DNA of 64,000 nt from a virus. Both the position numbers and the translations under genes were made by a program. The notes under the pieces are model-generated. The model made no database searches, was not told the DNA's origin, and was given only the letters and a program-made list of their open reading frames with translations. The number at the start of each line of letters is the position of its first letter. Within the stretch, counting starts at the first letter, position 1. Location: IMG/VR virus record IMGVR_UViG_3300036770_004732, positions 1 to 64,000 of that record; one strand, 5' to 3'. Shown piece by piece: positions 8,626 through 20,100 of this stretch.

Positions 8626-8765
8626 CCGAAAATGGCATTCACAGAAATAACTTTAGCACTTGGATTGCGAGCAAGAGCAGTACGCTTGGCGTCTTGATAG
8701 TCTTTTGCTTCAACGATTTCGTCAAAGACCTTACCAGCGACATAGAGTTGAACTTTGCAACGCAT
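8622..8765 (-). CDS. Small cyanomyovirus early protein (MRCKVQLYVAGKVFDEIVEAKDYQDAKRTALARNPSAKVISVNAIFG)
   Basis: Read manually, 47 aa; first ORF after the promoter element; ATGA overlap downstream. Confidence 0.8.
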   Translation of the reverse strand: MRCKVQLYVAGKVFDEIVEAKDYQDAKRTALARNPSAKVISVNAIFG

Positions 8766-8794
8766 TTGAGGATTCCCCCTGTGTTTACTTGTGT

Positions 8795-8850
8795 ATTATA
8801 GGGGATTTAGGCAGTCTTGAAGTACCCGTTGTGACGGTTTAGTAACTGGA
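8795..8850 (-). promoter_or_regulatory. Putative early promoter (TCCAGTT-N4-AACCGTCACA ... TATAAT)
   Basis: Third copy of the motif; 29 nt from the box to TATAAT. Confidence 0.75.
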
Positions 8851-10077
8851 TTAGCGGCGAACCACCGACACAGCGACCTCACCTTGCTTGAAGATGATGT
8901 CCATCACGTTCTGGACTGCTTTTGCAGTGCCCGTGGATGCCTTATCAAAGATCGGGCAGACCACCAGACCATAGGACTTGGTGTAGGACTGCAGATCGCC
9001 CGCCTGAAGCGCCCCAGAGCGGATTCCAGCGGCGTCTGCAGGATGCAGGCGCAGGGTGCGACCAACGGTCTGACCAATGCCCACAACATCCATAGAGCGC
9101 AGGAAAACGACCGCCTCCAGAGCAGAGATGTTGATACCTTCTGAAAGCACAGAATGATGAAAAACCACAAACTTCTTGTCGGCATCCTTACCCCAGGCAT
9201 TCAGGGTGTCGAAAAACACCTCACGATTGACCTTCTGCCCGTCAATAAAGGCACCGTGCTTCGCAGTGATATGAAGCACAGAGTAACCCTGCTCGGCAAC
9301 CTGAGAGGCAAAATCACTTTCAGACAGCAGAGCAATGATATGCTTGGTTGCCTTCGCACATACCAGAATCTTGTTGACGGGATTGTCCTGAATGATTTGA
9401 GTCAGATACTCACAGTCACGCTGAGCAATGTCCTCGCCTTTGACCGAAAGACGCATCGGAGTAGCAATCACCTGAGGAGGAATGATGTATCCATTCTTCA
9501 CCAGTTCAGGAGCAGGAACCTTGACAATAATTTGACCATAAACATCAACATCATTCATGCCAGGTTTGGAAATAGTGGCGGAATACTTAGGAGTTGCCGT
9601 GAAGAAATAGCAACGCTTTGCTTCTTGACTGAAGTACTCTACAGCAGGGAAAAAGTCACGACGAACAGAATTGTGTGCCTCATCAAAATAAATGGTGTCA
9701 ACATCAATGTCAGAATATTGAAGTTGATGCAAAGAATGATAAGTTGTAAAGATCAATTTGTGACCTTGAGTTGCCTCATACCAACCACGAATGACGCGAG
9801 GATTCGTACTGCTAAAGTGATGAGTTTCACCCGTGTGAACATGAAGAACTTCAGCATTAGTGATAAACTCAAGGTACTCAAAAGACAACTGATCTGCCAG
9901 GAGGATGCGCGGTGCCACCACTACAACAGTCTTAGGAGCACTAGACTGGAAAACACGAATGGCATCAAAGATACCCACATTGGTCTTACCACCGCCTGTG
10001 GGAAACACGCACACCCCTTTGAGGTGCTGCGCCAAAGCATCCAGAGCAACTTGTTGGTGGGGGCGGAGTTGAATCAC
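8851..10077 (-). CDS. SF2 DEAD/DEAH-like helicase (ResIII-like)
   Basis: Q motif LRPHQ, Walker A PTGGGKT, DEAH, TAT, LSEGIN, QTVGRTLR. Confidence 0.92.
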   Translation of the reverse strand: MIQLRPHQQVALDALAQHLKGVCVFPTGGGKTNVGIFDAIRVFQSSAPKTVVVVAPRILLADQLSFEYLEFITNAEVLHVHTGETHHFSSTNPRVIRGWYEATQGHKLIFTTYHSLHQLQYSDIDVDTIYFDEAHNSVRRDFFPAVEYFSQEAKRCYFFTATPKYSATISKPGMNDVDVYGQIIVKVPAPELVKNGYIIPPQVIATPMRLSVKGEDIAQRDCEYLTQIIQDNPVNKILVCAKATKHIIALLSESDFASQVAEQGYSVLHITAKHGAFIDGQKVNREVFFDTLNAWGKDADKKFVVFHHSVLSEGINISALEAVVFLRSMDVVGIGQTVGRTLRLHPADAAGIRSGALQAGDLQSYTKSYGLVVCPIFDKASTGTAKAVQNVMDIIFKQGEVAVSVVRR

Positions 10078-10100
10078 GAGTCCTCATTGAATATAGGAAT

Positions 10101-10159
10101 ATTATAGCAGCAAAAAAGGGGGGTCTTGGGAACCCCCTTGTACCAGTTTGAAAAGTGTC
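10101..10159 (-). promoter_or_regulatory. Putative early promoter (GACACTT-N4-AACTGGTACA ... TGCTATAAT) with embedded terminator
   Basis: Fourth copy of the motif; sits at the boundary between the late fibre block and the early block. Confidence 0.75.
10112..10137 (-). terminator. Rho-independent terminator ending the tail-fibre transcript
   Basis: GGGGG-TTCCCAAGA-CCCCCC followed by TTTTTT. Confidence 0.75.
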
Positions 10160-10161
10160 TA

Positions 10162-12672
10162 TCAGTACAGTGTGAGACTTGTAGAACCTACACCAGCGAC
10201 GATAAAGGTCAGAACATTTCCAGAAACTATGATTTGAACTGGGTCAGTTACTCCAATGCCGCTTGTAAAACCACCGACTGATGTTGTGACTCCAGTAATA
10301 CTTGTATCACCAGAAACTGTAAGAGCACTTGTTGGATTTGTAGTTCCGATACCAACATTAGACAGTGTTGAATATCCATACTCCGTTGAGTTCCATACAC
10401 CCAATTCAATCACATCATTTGGTAATTGTGGAAATGGAATTGATAATGTTCCTACTCCCACTGCAGACAATACAAAACTTCCCCCAAATCCAGTATCAAC
10501 AAATCCATCAATTTCAATTGGAGTTCCAATACCACTTGAAAATCCACCATCAGAAATAATATAATCATCGACAACTAAAACATTACTAATATAAGTGTCT
10601 CCTTGAATATGAAGTTTAAAATTAGTATCAACTTGATCTGTTCCTATTCCAATTGTAACATCCGTTCCAATTCCGATATTTGGTGATAATGATATTGTAG
10701 TAATACCAGAATTAATAGGAGATAATAAAAAGTCTGTATTAAATACTAATAAATCAATAGTTCCAGAATTACTTGCATCTATAGTCGAAATAGTAATACC
10801 AGAACCAACAGCAGTAACCCCCGTAGTGGACCCTGTTACTATTAAATTTTTAATAGTTACAGTATCTGATAATCCATCTAAAATAATAAAATCATTTTCA
10901 CCAACAGTTAACGCACCAGTAATTTTAGAATTTCCAACTACAGATAATGTTTGTGATGGTATCGTAGATCCTATACCAACTCTTTCGTTAAGAGAATCAA
11001 TAACTAAAATATTACTAAAATCAAAATTATTAAATGCAGCATTTCCATTAACTTCAAAATCTTGATTAATGATGACTGTTCCCGTTTGAGAATCAAGAAT
11101 TAAATCTCCAGTTCTTGTATTAATAATATTAGAATCGGATACTCCGAATTGAAGATCGCTAATAAAAGCTTGACCGAAAGATTTTCCAACAGTTCCTATG
11201 GAACCAGATTGATCACTATATGGTATTAATTCATCTTGAAATGATGATATTCCACTTACACTGAGAAGAGTTACATCCGATATTCCTCCTACTACATTAG
11301 TAGCAGTAGTTGCAGTTCCAGTTAAATTACCTACAAAACCACTAATTGAATTTACTGTTCCACTGACATTGATATAAGATGCATCTACATTTCCTCCACT
11401 TAAATTAGTCGCCGTAGTTGCAGTGCCAGTTAAATTTCCTATAAAGCCACTACTTGCAGTAATTATTCCGGTAGCATATATATTTGTAATCGTAATATCT
11501 GATGCGTCAATTTGTTCAGTAATTGATAATTCATTTGCACTTATTTTGCCAGAAGCTATAATTCCACCACCAGCAGTTATTGCCACTCCTGGACGAAAAA
11601 GGGGATCACCACCAACAAAAAATTCATAAGAATTATTAGAAATTGTATTTGTTGCAATTCCTAATCTTGCCAAAGTGGTAATTCCAAGATCTCCAATTAT
11701 ATTTCCAGTAAAACTTATATCTCCATTTACAGTTAAATTATTATTAACGGTAGTTAATCCAGTGAAGTAAGAATTTTGCGAAACTAAAAGATTGTTATTA
11801 ATAGTTGCAGTTCCAATTGAAGCAAAATCAGTATTAACAGATTTAATTGTTATGTTTGCATCAGATGTAAGATCTATTGCGGTTGATGATATTCCTACTA
11901 AATTGCCTACAAAAGTTGTTGCTGTAATAATCCCACCAATAGCAATATCTTGAGGAAATCTATCAGTAGATATTGTTCCTGATGAAATATTAGAAGCATT
12001 AAGTTGTGTTATACTGGATCCAGAACCAATTATAGTACCACCAGAAAATTGTGTTGCTGTAATAATCCCACCAATAGCAATATCTTGAGGAAATCTATCA
12101 GTAGATATTGTTCCTGATGAAATATTAGAAGCATTAAGTTGTGTTAAACTAGATCCAAGACCAGCAAAGGATAATGCAGTAATTATACCTACGCTATAAA
12201 CATTTCCAGATGAATTAATACCAATCCCCGTTGAATTTAAAATAGGATCTCCACCCACCTGAAAAGTAAATGATGGATTTGTTGTTGCTATACCAACATT
12301 TCCAACTGCATATATACTTTCATAACCATTCAAGGATGGATCAACATCTACCCATTGAGAAGTTGGCAATCCCTGAAGTTTAGATCCATCACCATAGTAA
12401 GTTACTATTCCAGTTTCAGAAGCAGCACTAATAATACCAGATGTTATTGATGTTACTCCAACATTAATTGTATTAATGTTCAATTTTTGATCACTAAAAT
12501 TTATAACATTTGCTGTTAATGTTCCTCTAATGTTTACATTACCAGTTACATCTAAAATTTCTGTTGGAATTGTAGATCCTATTCCAACTAATCCATTTGA
12601 ATTTACAATGAAATTATCATCATCGACTTGTATTCCACTTCTAAAATTAAATGATTTTTTAATATTTGCCAT
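10162..12672 (-). CDS. Tail-fibre-like virion structural protein
   Basis: Repeated VGIGTTNP / GIITA / FxGNLTGTAT fibre motifs; TAAATA late promoter at 12692-12697. Confidence 0.85.
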   Translation of the reverse strand: MANIKKSFNFRSGIQVDDDNFIVNSNGLVGIGSTIPTEILDVTGNVNIRGTLTANVINFSDQKLNINTINVGVTSITSGIISAASETGIVTYYGDGSKLQGLPTSQWVDVDPSLNGYESIYAVGNVGIATTNPSFTFQVGGDPILNSTGIGINSSGNVYSVGIITALSFAGLGSSLTQLNASNISSGTISTDRFPQDIAIGGIITATQFSGGTIIGSGSSITQLNASNISSGTISTDRFPQDIAIGGIITATTFVGNLVGISSTAIDLTSDANITIKSVNTDFASIGTATINNNLLVSQNSYFTGLTTVNNNLTVNGDISFTGNIIGDLGITTLARLGIATNTISNNSYEFFVGGDPLFRPGVAITAGGGIIASGKISANELSITEQIDASDITITNIYATGIITASSGFIGNLTGTATTATNLSGGNVDASYINVSGTVNSISGFVGNLTGTATTATNVVGGISDVTLLSVSGISSFQDELIPYSDQSGSIGTVGKSFGQAFISDLQFGVSDSNIINTRTGDLILDSQTGTVIINQDFEVNGNAAFNNFDFSNILVIDSLNERVGIGSTIPSQTLSVVGNSKITGALTVGENDFIILDGLSDTVTIKNLIVTGSTTGVTAVGSGITISTIDASNSGTIDLLVFNTDFLLSPINSGITTISLSPNIGIGTDVTIGIGTDQVDTNFKLHIQGDTYISNVLVVDDYIISDGGFSSGIGTPIEIDGFVDTGFGGSFVLSAVGVGTLSIPFPQLPNDVIELGVWNSTEYGYSTLSNVGIGTTNPTSALTVSGDTSITGVTTSVGGFTSGIGVTDPVQIIVSGNVLTFIVAGVGSTSLTLY
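11917..12146. repeat. Exact 95-nt direct repeat (11917-12011 and 12052-12146), period 135 nt
   Basis: Both copies encode TQLNASNISSGTISTDRFPQDIAIGGIITAT. Confidence 0.9.
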
Positions 12673-12708
12673 TTTATATGGAATTTTTAGTTATTTATGA
12701 TTATTTCA

Positions 12709-14178
12709 TTAAAATGATGAATATGTTGTATTACCAAGAAGTCTTCCTCCTTGTGAAACTAGGGTATAACTTCCTCCAGGTGCAACTATAAATGCAAATC
12801 CAGGAGAACCTCCCGAAGTTCCTCCTCCACCACCTCCTCCAGTTGGTGAATATGGGCTGAGAGAACCGCCATTTCCAGCTCTATTTGCTTCTCTTAGCAT
12901 ATAAACAGTGTTTGCCAATCCTCCGGTTAATTCTGTTCCATCACCACCATTATATGCAAACCTATAATCTCCACTACACCCCCCATCATATGCACCTGGA
13001 GCAAAATTTTGTTCTCTTCCACCTTTACCAGCAGGAATTCCAGCGCCGCCGCCGCCGCCATCACCATTATATCTCTGCCCACAACCTCGACCAATGTCTT
13101 GATACTGAAATGAACCGCCGCCACCACCGCCTGCTCCATTTCTTATATCACCCCTAAGATATATAGTGCATGGAACACTAACACCAAAAGCATTCCCCCC
13201 ATTCTCCCCATTTTTCCCCGGATCGGAATTTTGCCCACCATTTCCACCATCCCCACCTCGACCACCAATTACTGCACCCGATTCAATATAATAATTTAAT
13301 TGGACTAAACCATTCCAACCCGATCCTGTTCTAAAGGAAGGTCCGCCAGAACTAATACTAGATACAGTAAAATTAAAAGTTCTTCCATCCCAACTCGTTG
13401 TAACTGTATCATTAACATTATATCTAGCCCCACCAGAAATTAATGTAGCAGTATATGTATCATATATTTCATCCCAATATCTATAAAAACTACTTCTACC
13501 CCCCGCTGAAGTGCGTTTAATTAAATTTGTTCGTGTTTTAGTCATAGATATAGTTGCCCCAGATCCTCCTCCACCACTCAAACTCAAAATTGGACTATTA
13601 GTTGTGGTTGTACTGTAAACACCTAAAGTTGGTGCCGTTCGTGTACAACCTCTCCAAGTGCATACTTGAGGCCACTCCGTGTATGGAATTTCTGTTCTAG
13701 AAACTAGAAATGGTCCCAGAGTATTTGCATTTAGATTTATAAAAAATGCGAATCCCCCAAAATTGATAGGGTTAGATTGAGTTGGAGTTATTGATGCAAT
13801 CGTACTATTTCCACCTATTTTTTTTCTAATCACATGATGCACTTTTTTGGTATCAGATGAAGATGAATTTGGTCTGGAAATAAATCCTCCCACAACAACA
13901 CCAGATGAGTTATAACGAGTTTCACTATTCACATCATACTCAGTTTCGCCAGAATAATCCACCACAATATTTAAAGTCTTACCTCTTAATTCACCTAAAC
14001 TAATAGGATTTCTAAGTCCTCCATTACGTTGAACACCATCATCTAATCCCCATTCTCTACCAGCAATAAATTGTTTTACTCTATAATTTCCAAGTGAAAC
14101 TCGACTCGAAAATTGAACAGATGCACCAAATTCATCTCTAACGTTTCCTAAACTAATTTGACCAGTTGGAGTAGTCAT
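12709..14178 (-). CDS. Glycine-rich tail-fibre tip adhesin (gp38-like)
   Basis: N-terminal ISLGNVRDEFG...LGELRGK attachment-like motif; C-terminal polyglycine motifs (IGGRGGDGG, GAGGGGGG, GGGGGAG); lies downstream of an S74 fibre. Confidence 0.75.
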   Translation of the reverse strand: MTTPTGQISLGNVRDEFGASVQFSSRVSLGNYRVKQFIAGREWGLDDGVQRNGGLRNPISLGELRGKTLNIVVDYSGETEYDVNSETRYNSSGVVVGGFISRPNSSSSDTKKVHHVIRKKIGGNSTIASITPTQSNPINFGGFAFFINLNANTLGPFLVSRTEIPYTEWPQVCTWRGCTRTAPTLGVYSTTTTNSPILSLSGGGGSGATISMTKTRTNLIKRTSAGGRSSFYRYWDEIYDTYTATLISGGARYNVNDTVTTSWDGRTFNFTVSSISSGGPSFRTGSGWNGLVQLNYYIESGAVIGGRGGDGGNGGQNSDPGKNGENGGNAFGVSVPCTIYLRGDIRNGAGGGGGGSFQYQDIGRGCGQRYNGDGGGGGAGIPAGKGGREQNFAPGAYDGGCSGDYRFAYNGGDGTELTGGLANTVYMLREANRAGNGGSLSPYSPTGGGGGGGTSGGSPGFAFIVAPGGSYTLVSQGGRLLGNTTYSSF

Positions 14179-14191
14179 TTAAATAATTTCC

Positions 14192-17100
14192 TTACTTTTT
14201 TAATTCTTGTATTTCTCTTTTTAATTCATCAACTTCACCTTTCAATTCTTTAATTGCTTCAATTAATAATGGAACTAATTTTTCATATTTAACAGTTAAG
14301 TATTCGGAATTTATAGGTGCTTGAGCAACTGCTTCGGGTAAAACTTTTTCAACATCTTGTGCAAATACACCAACATGATTTATTGTTGTATTATAACCAA
14401 GAGAACCAGCAAGATCATTTAAATTATATGTAAATCCACTTAATTCCAAAACTTTTTTAAGAGGATTGTCAATAAATTTAATGTTTGTTTTGAGTCTTTT
14501 ATCTGATGCAAATGCGATTACATCCCCATAACAAGTAAGAGAAATATTACTTGGGTTTGCACCAAATGAAGAAGCTCCTCCAATGCCTCTCATAACTAGA
14601 GTATTTGCAAGTCCACCACCAGCATTATCCCCATTTGCAGTTGCATTTATTGAGGTTTGAAGAGTTGGTGTGGCAAAAAAAGTAGCATTTACCTGTCCAG
14701 TAAAATAAACTGAAGTTGTTTCTGGTATTGTAATAGATTGAGTCGAACTATTATTAAAAGTAGTTGTATTACCTGCATATGAAACGGAAAAACTATGTTG
14801 CAATGTTCCCCTAAGTTGAGAAGCACTGACATATTGACCAGCACCACTAACAGTCAAATTTCCAGATGAAAGATTTACATTACCACTAAAACTTCCTCCA
14901 GTACATTGAATAATATCATTTAATGTAAGTTTTCCTGTAGATGCAATTACAGCATTACCATTAGCTGCAGAAATTGTACCTCCATTAGTGTTTAATTGAA
15001 GTGTTGTAGATCCCCCAACACTATTTCTAAATGACAATGATTTTGAAGATCCTTCAAGTACGACATTATCTCTAAATGAAGATGTTCCTGTTACAGTTAA
15101 ATTATCATTAATTGTAGTTGTTCCGCCAGTGGAATCAATCGTTAAATTACCACTCGAAGTATCAATTGTATTATCATCAGTAATTCCAATTCGAATATTA
15201 TCAATTGTTGCACCAGCATTTGCATCTAAAAGAGCATTAACCGTTAGAGTTCCATCAATAGTTGTAGAATCAAGAGTTGTAGTTCCAATGACATTTAGTC
15301 CACCATTTAATGTTGAAAATCCAAATACTTGAAGATTTCCCTTAGCCGATATATAAGTTTCCGCACTGATATATCCATTTACATATAGATCATCTTGAAT
15401 CAATGTTAAACCATCGACGGAATTAAGTGTCAACGTTCCACTAGTAGTGTCAATTGTATTATCGTTTGCAACACCAATTCTTATATTTCCAACAAAAGAT
15501 TCACTAAAAGGAAGACTTTGAGTTCCCAAATAGGCTCCATATTGTTCATCAGGTACAATACCAGTACCAGTCTTTACTTCACCTACAATTTCAACTTTGG
15601 CGCGGAAGTATGAATCATCACCAACACCTATACCACCTTTAGAAACAATCGACCCACTATTTTCATTAACTGCCTTATCGCGGAAAGTAACTCTAAGTTG
15701 ACCATTTAATGTAGTTTTTCCTTTGACCCTCAAAGAACGAGTCATTGTAACAGGACCATCAAATTGGGAAAGAACGAATCCAGATGTTCCACCCTCAACA
15801 AGGATTCTTTCTCTTACAGTTACTTCATCAAAAGCAACACTTAATTTTGAAGGATCTTGTCCAGTAATTGTTGGTTTTGGAATATCATAAGAAATTGTTT
15901 GTCCACTAGAAGCAGATACCTTTGTATTACCATTAAATGTATCACCTCTATTGTTCATACCAGTGTAAATTACGGCACCAGCAGATCTTTCTTGTGCTTG
16001 AACAAGGAAATCTTCTCTTTCAGAAAGAGATTTAAATTGAACCTGCGGAAGAGCAGTTGAATAGTTTCCTGGGCCGTAACCAAGATATTCAAATGTATGA
16101 CCAGATGCACGAATAATTGAAGGTCTTCTAAACTCAATTGGAACTACTTCAATTTTTTTAACAATAGAATTAATTGGATGATTTCCTTGACGAGTACCTG
16201 CATAACCACGGAACACTTGAATTGATGTATCTGAAGGAGATGCACTAATTCTCATGATTTCGTCATTGACCTGAACGAAATCTCCAAGTTTCAATCTCTT
16301 TGAAGTTGATATACCAGTTAAACATTGAATATTCAATGTTCCCGTATCGCCAGCATTAATTGCCGAAGTCAGTTTAAATGTTTCACCACCATAGAATGGT
16401 ACAGTTCTCGATGAATAACTTTCAGTTCTAATATCCGAAATTCCTTGATTAGATGATAAACCGTGCTTTAGAATATAACCGTTTTCAGCAGAACTTGGTA
16501 AATTTGATTCAGTTCTTACTGCAAATGAAGTTGTACTTAAAACATCTTTAATTACATAATCACCAAGATTTAAATTGGAAGAATTGATGACTCTAAATTT
16601 ATTTCCAACACTTAATCCATGAGAATCGTATGTTGTAAAAGTAATAATTCCTACTGTAACTGCAGTTTCTCCATCAATAATTGTTTGAGAAACTCCATAT
16701 TCTGTGGATTGAATCTTAACTGATTGACCAACAACGAATGCATACTGACCAGCAGAAATAAGAGGATCAGTTGAATGCTTATTAATACCAATTGTATTGA
16801 CACCTACAGAATTAATTCTATAGTATCCATCTTCAGTAAATCCATTACCAGTAATTTGAACAACATCACCAATGTATGTTGTAATGCCAGAAGTTGCTAA
16901 TGTAATATAAGCATCAGAAGATCCACCAATATCAGCAATGTCAAAGTATAATTGATCTCCATTTTTATAACCAGATCCTTTGTTCATAATTTCAAAGGAT
17001 GTGATTGATCCACCAGAAACTACAACCTTTGCAGTTGCACCAGACCATGTTTCTAATGCTAATGCTGAATCATTTGTATGTAATTTTACATTATAATAAG

Positions 17101-20100
17101 TTCCATTATTTCTTCCCCCACTACCAGCGACTAATGTTCCATTTACAACTCCACCTAGTCCATGATTTTGAGTAAATGTAAGTGTTGCGGTTGGTTGTTG
17201 TGTTGCAGAAACACTTTGAATTTGCAATCCCTTACCAAATTCCTTACAGAAAATATCAACTGTTTCTCTTGTAATACTCTTTTTAAGATCATTTGTTACA
17301 ACATCACCAATAGGTGCTCTCTTCGCATAAGTCTTTGCAGATTTTGGATTTGAATCAATGTTGTCTCTATCTAACTGTGGATAAAGATCTACTGGTGTTT
17401 GAGTAAACTTATAATCTGTAAATGTATTTGCTGGAGCATAATTTGCATTTAAAATATAAAGATGATAAATTCCATCTCTTTCATCTTTAATGTAATCTGA
17501 AATTACATCATTTCTGTAAATGTATAAATTTGACTTAATATCATTTTTTTCTATTCTTGGAAGTTCATCAACCGTTCTTGTATTTGTGTCATTTTGAAAA
17601 GTACCTGGAATATGAACCAAACCTGCAATATCAGTAGTAGAATACTGAAATTGCATATCATTTACGATAGTTGTAACTGTAAATGATCCATTAAATCCAC
17701 GATTAAATTCTCCTGTAGTTGTTTCACTACTATCTTTTATATCTCTAACAATTACAATGTCACCAACTTTTAATTTATGTGGTGTTTCGGTTGTAATTGT
17801 TACTGTTGCTCCTGCTAAAGAACAATCTACAATGAATTTTTGATTTCTTTTATATCTTGTATCATTTAAAGATAAAGTAGATTTTAAGGATCCAAATATT
17901 TCAGTATCATTGAGTGCTCCAGTATAACTAGAATCTTGCATAATAAATCCAATTTCTGGATTTTTTGCATTAACAGATTCTTTTGGAATTACTACTCTTA
18001 ACTTATAAACTTTTTCATCAAGTCCTCTTTCATCTGCATTTCTTGTTACAAATGCTAAATCTGTTGATTCTGAGAATTTATTTTCATCATCTGGATCATA
18101 ACCAATTCCAGAGTCTAAGAAAGAATTGTAAATTTCATTTCCAGACCCAACATTAATATACCATTGAGAATTTGAATTATCCCATTGTATTGGGGAACCA
18201 ATATCACCAGCGTCTTTATCAGATACTCTACTGTTTATAATAATGTCGGAGTTTGGATCGCCACCATATGTTTGAACTGATTCATTTAAGAATGCATAAG
18301 TAAATGATGCTGCGATTTTAATTTGTTGAGAATTTAATGTGTTATCAATTTCATTGGTAATTGCATAATAAACAATATGTTCAGTTAAATTTTCTGGGAG
18401 ATCACCTTTTTTACTTTGAATAATAATTTTTTCACCTGTTTTTAAATTATGACTTCCAATTGTGAATATATTTCCATTAATAAATGATACAGTATAACTC
18501 TTTTCATTTCTTGATGTTTGATCATTTTTACCGGTCATGTAAATGTCGGCTTCATAATCAATACCTAAAAATCTAATAAAAAGTTTATCATTTACCTTTG
18601 CACCAATACGGTAACCTTGAGTTACTGAAACAGGTGTTGCACTTTCTGAGGTAAATCCATATAAGTATAACTTCTGGGAATTTCCTATTGTTCTTGTTTT
18701 AACTACATCCAATGATAACCATTCAATTTCATCACTAATTGAGGTATCAATGTCTCTTGGTGCAACAATTGATGTAATATAAGCATGATCATCTTTTTCA
18801 AATGCTTCTGCTTTATAGGTAGAAGACTTTAATGCAATTTGGCCAAAGTTTGAGTTTGAGTTTGTAATCGATGCGTCTGCACCAGAGTTAGCATCAAAAT
18901 GGTATGTAAAACCGATTGCAAAAACAGAAACGATTTGAATAAATGAATCGTTAGAAATTTTAATATGACTTGATTCCCAATCAGGTCTGTAAACTGCATC
19001 TTGATCTAAGTGATATACTTTTTCAGTATTGGTTTGTGATGCACCTAGTGGTAATGCAGATCCATAAACTGGTGTATATGATACTGAATCGTATGTTCTT
19101 GTTACTTTATTATATTTTACAAATGCACGATCATCTTTTTGAAGAGAAACTGCAGTGAATTGTGCAACAACCATTGAACGGAATCCAGATGCTTTTGCAC
19201 CATCTGCGTGCATTCCATTCATACCCCAAACCGATCTCAATGAAATATTGAACACATATGGAGAAGCACCACCGACTGTATCGGTTTCAACAGTAACGTT
19301 TGCATCGTTTAGTTGAGGAGTTGCATTTAAGTTTGGTGGAAAAGTTGGTAAAAGATAAGTAAATTGCGTTTCACTTAAAACATCTTGAACAAATGTTGAT
19401 ACATTATATTCCGATGCAGAAACTCCACGAATTTTAATAGGTGTACCAAAGTTTAAACCATGAGATACATCAGTAGTTACAGTAATTCTATTAGATGCTG
19501 TTGTACCATTTCCCGAGAAAATATTTGTAATAGTGATTGGATCGGATCTAAATGATCCAACAATTTCCCATTCTGGAGCTCTTTTTGCAAAAGATGTTGA
19601 CGATTGTGGAAACTTAGATGCATTTTCAATTTCTCTATATGAATTATATGCATTACTGACCTTACTGTAATACATGTCAAGATCAGTAAGTTCACCATAT
19701 GAAGTTCTATTAACACTATTAACACCATCACAATATTCAAAACAAGTTAGTTTGTGGTGGCTAAATCTTGGTGTTGAACTGAATTCAGAACTAAAATCTC
19801 TTGGATTTGTATAAACTAATCCAGTATCGTCCCCATCAAATAATGAGAATTGCCAAAAATAACAAGCACCAGTAATTCTAAAAATTGCAGAATTTGGTAC
19901 ATTTGAATCTGTTGGATTAGGAACATATTTTGGTCTTAATTTTGTTTTTCTTAAATCTAATCCAACAATAGAAGTTCCTCTTGGAACTACAACACCACCA
20001 TAAACACTATTAAATTTATATAAAATATTATCTTCTTGAGTTAAATCAAAAATAGAATCCAGTTCTAATGATAATGTAGTTTGGGCGGGAGTTCCTATGC

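Noticed and set aside
9154-10107. 317-aa plus-strand ORF opposite the helicase
   Set aside because: Antisense shadow of a gene with all SF2 motifs; no recognisable features.
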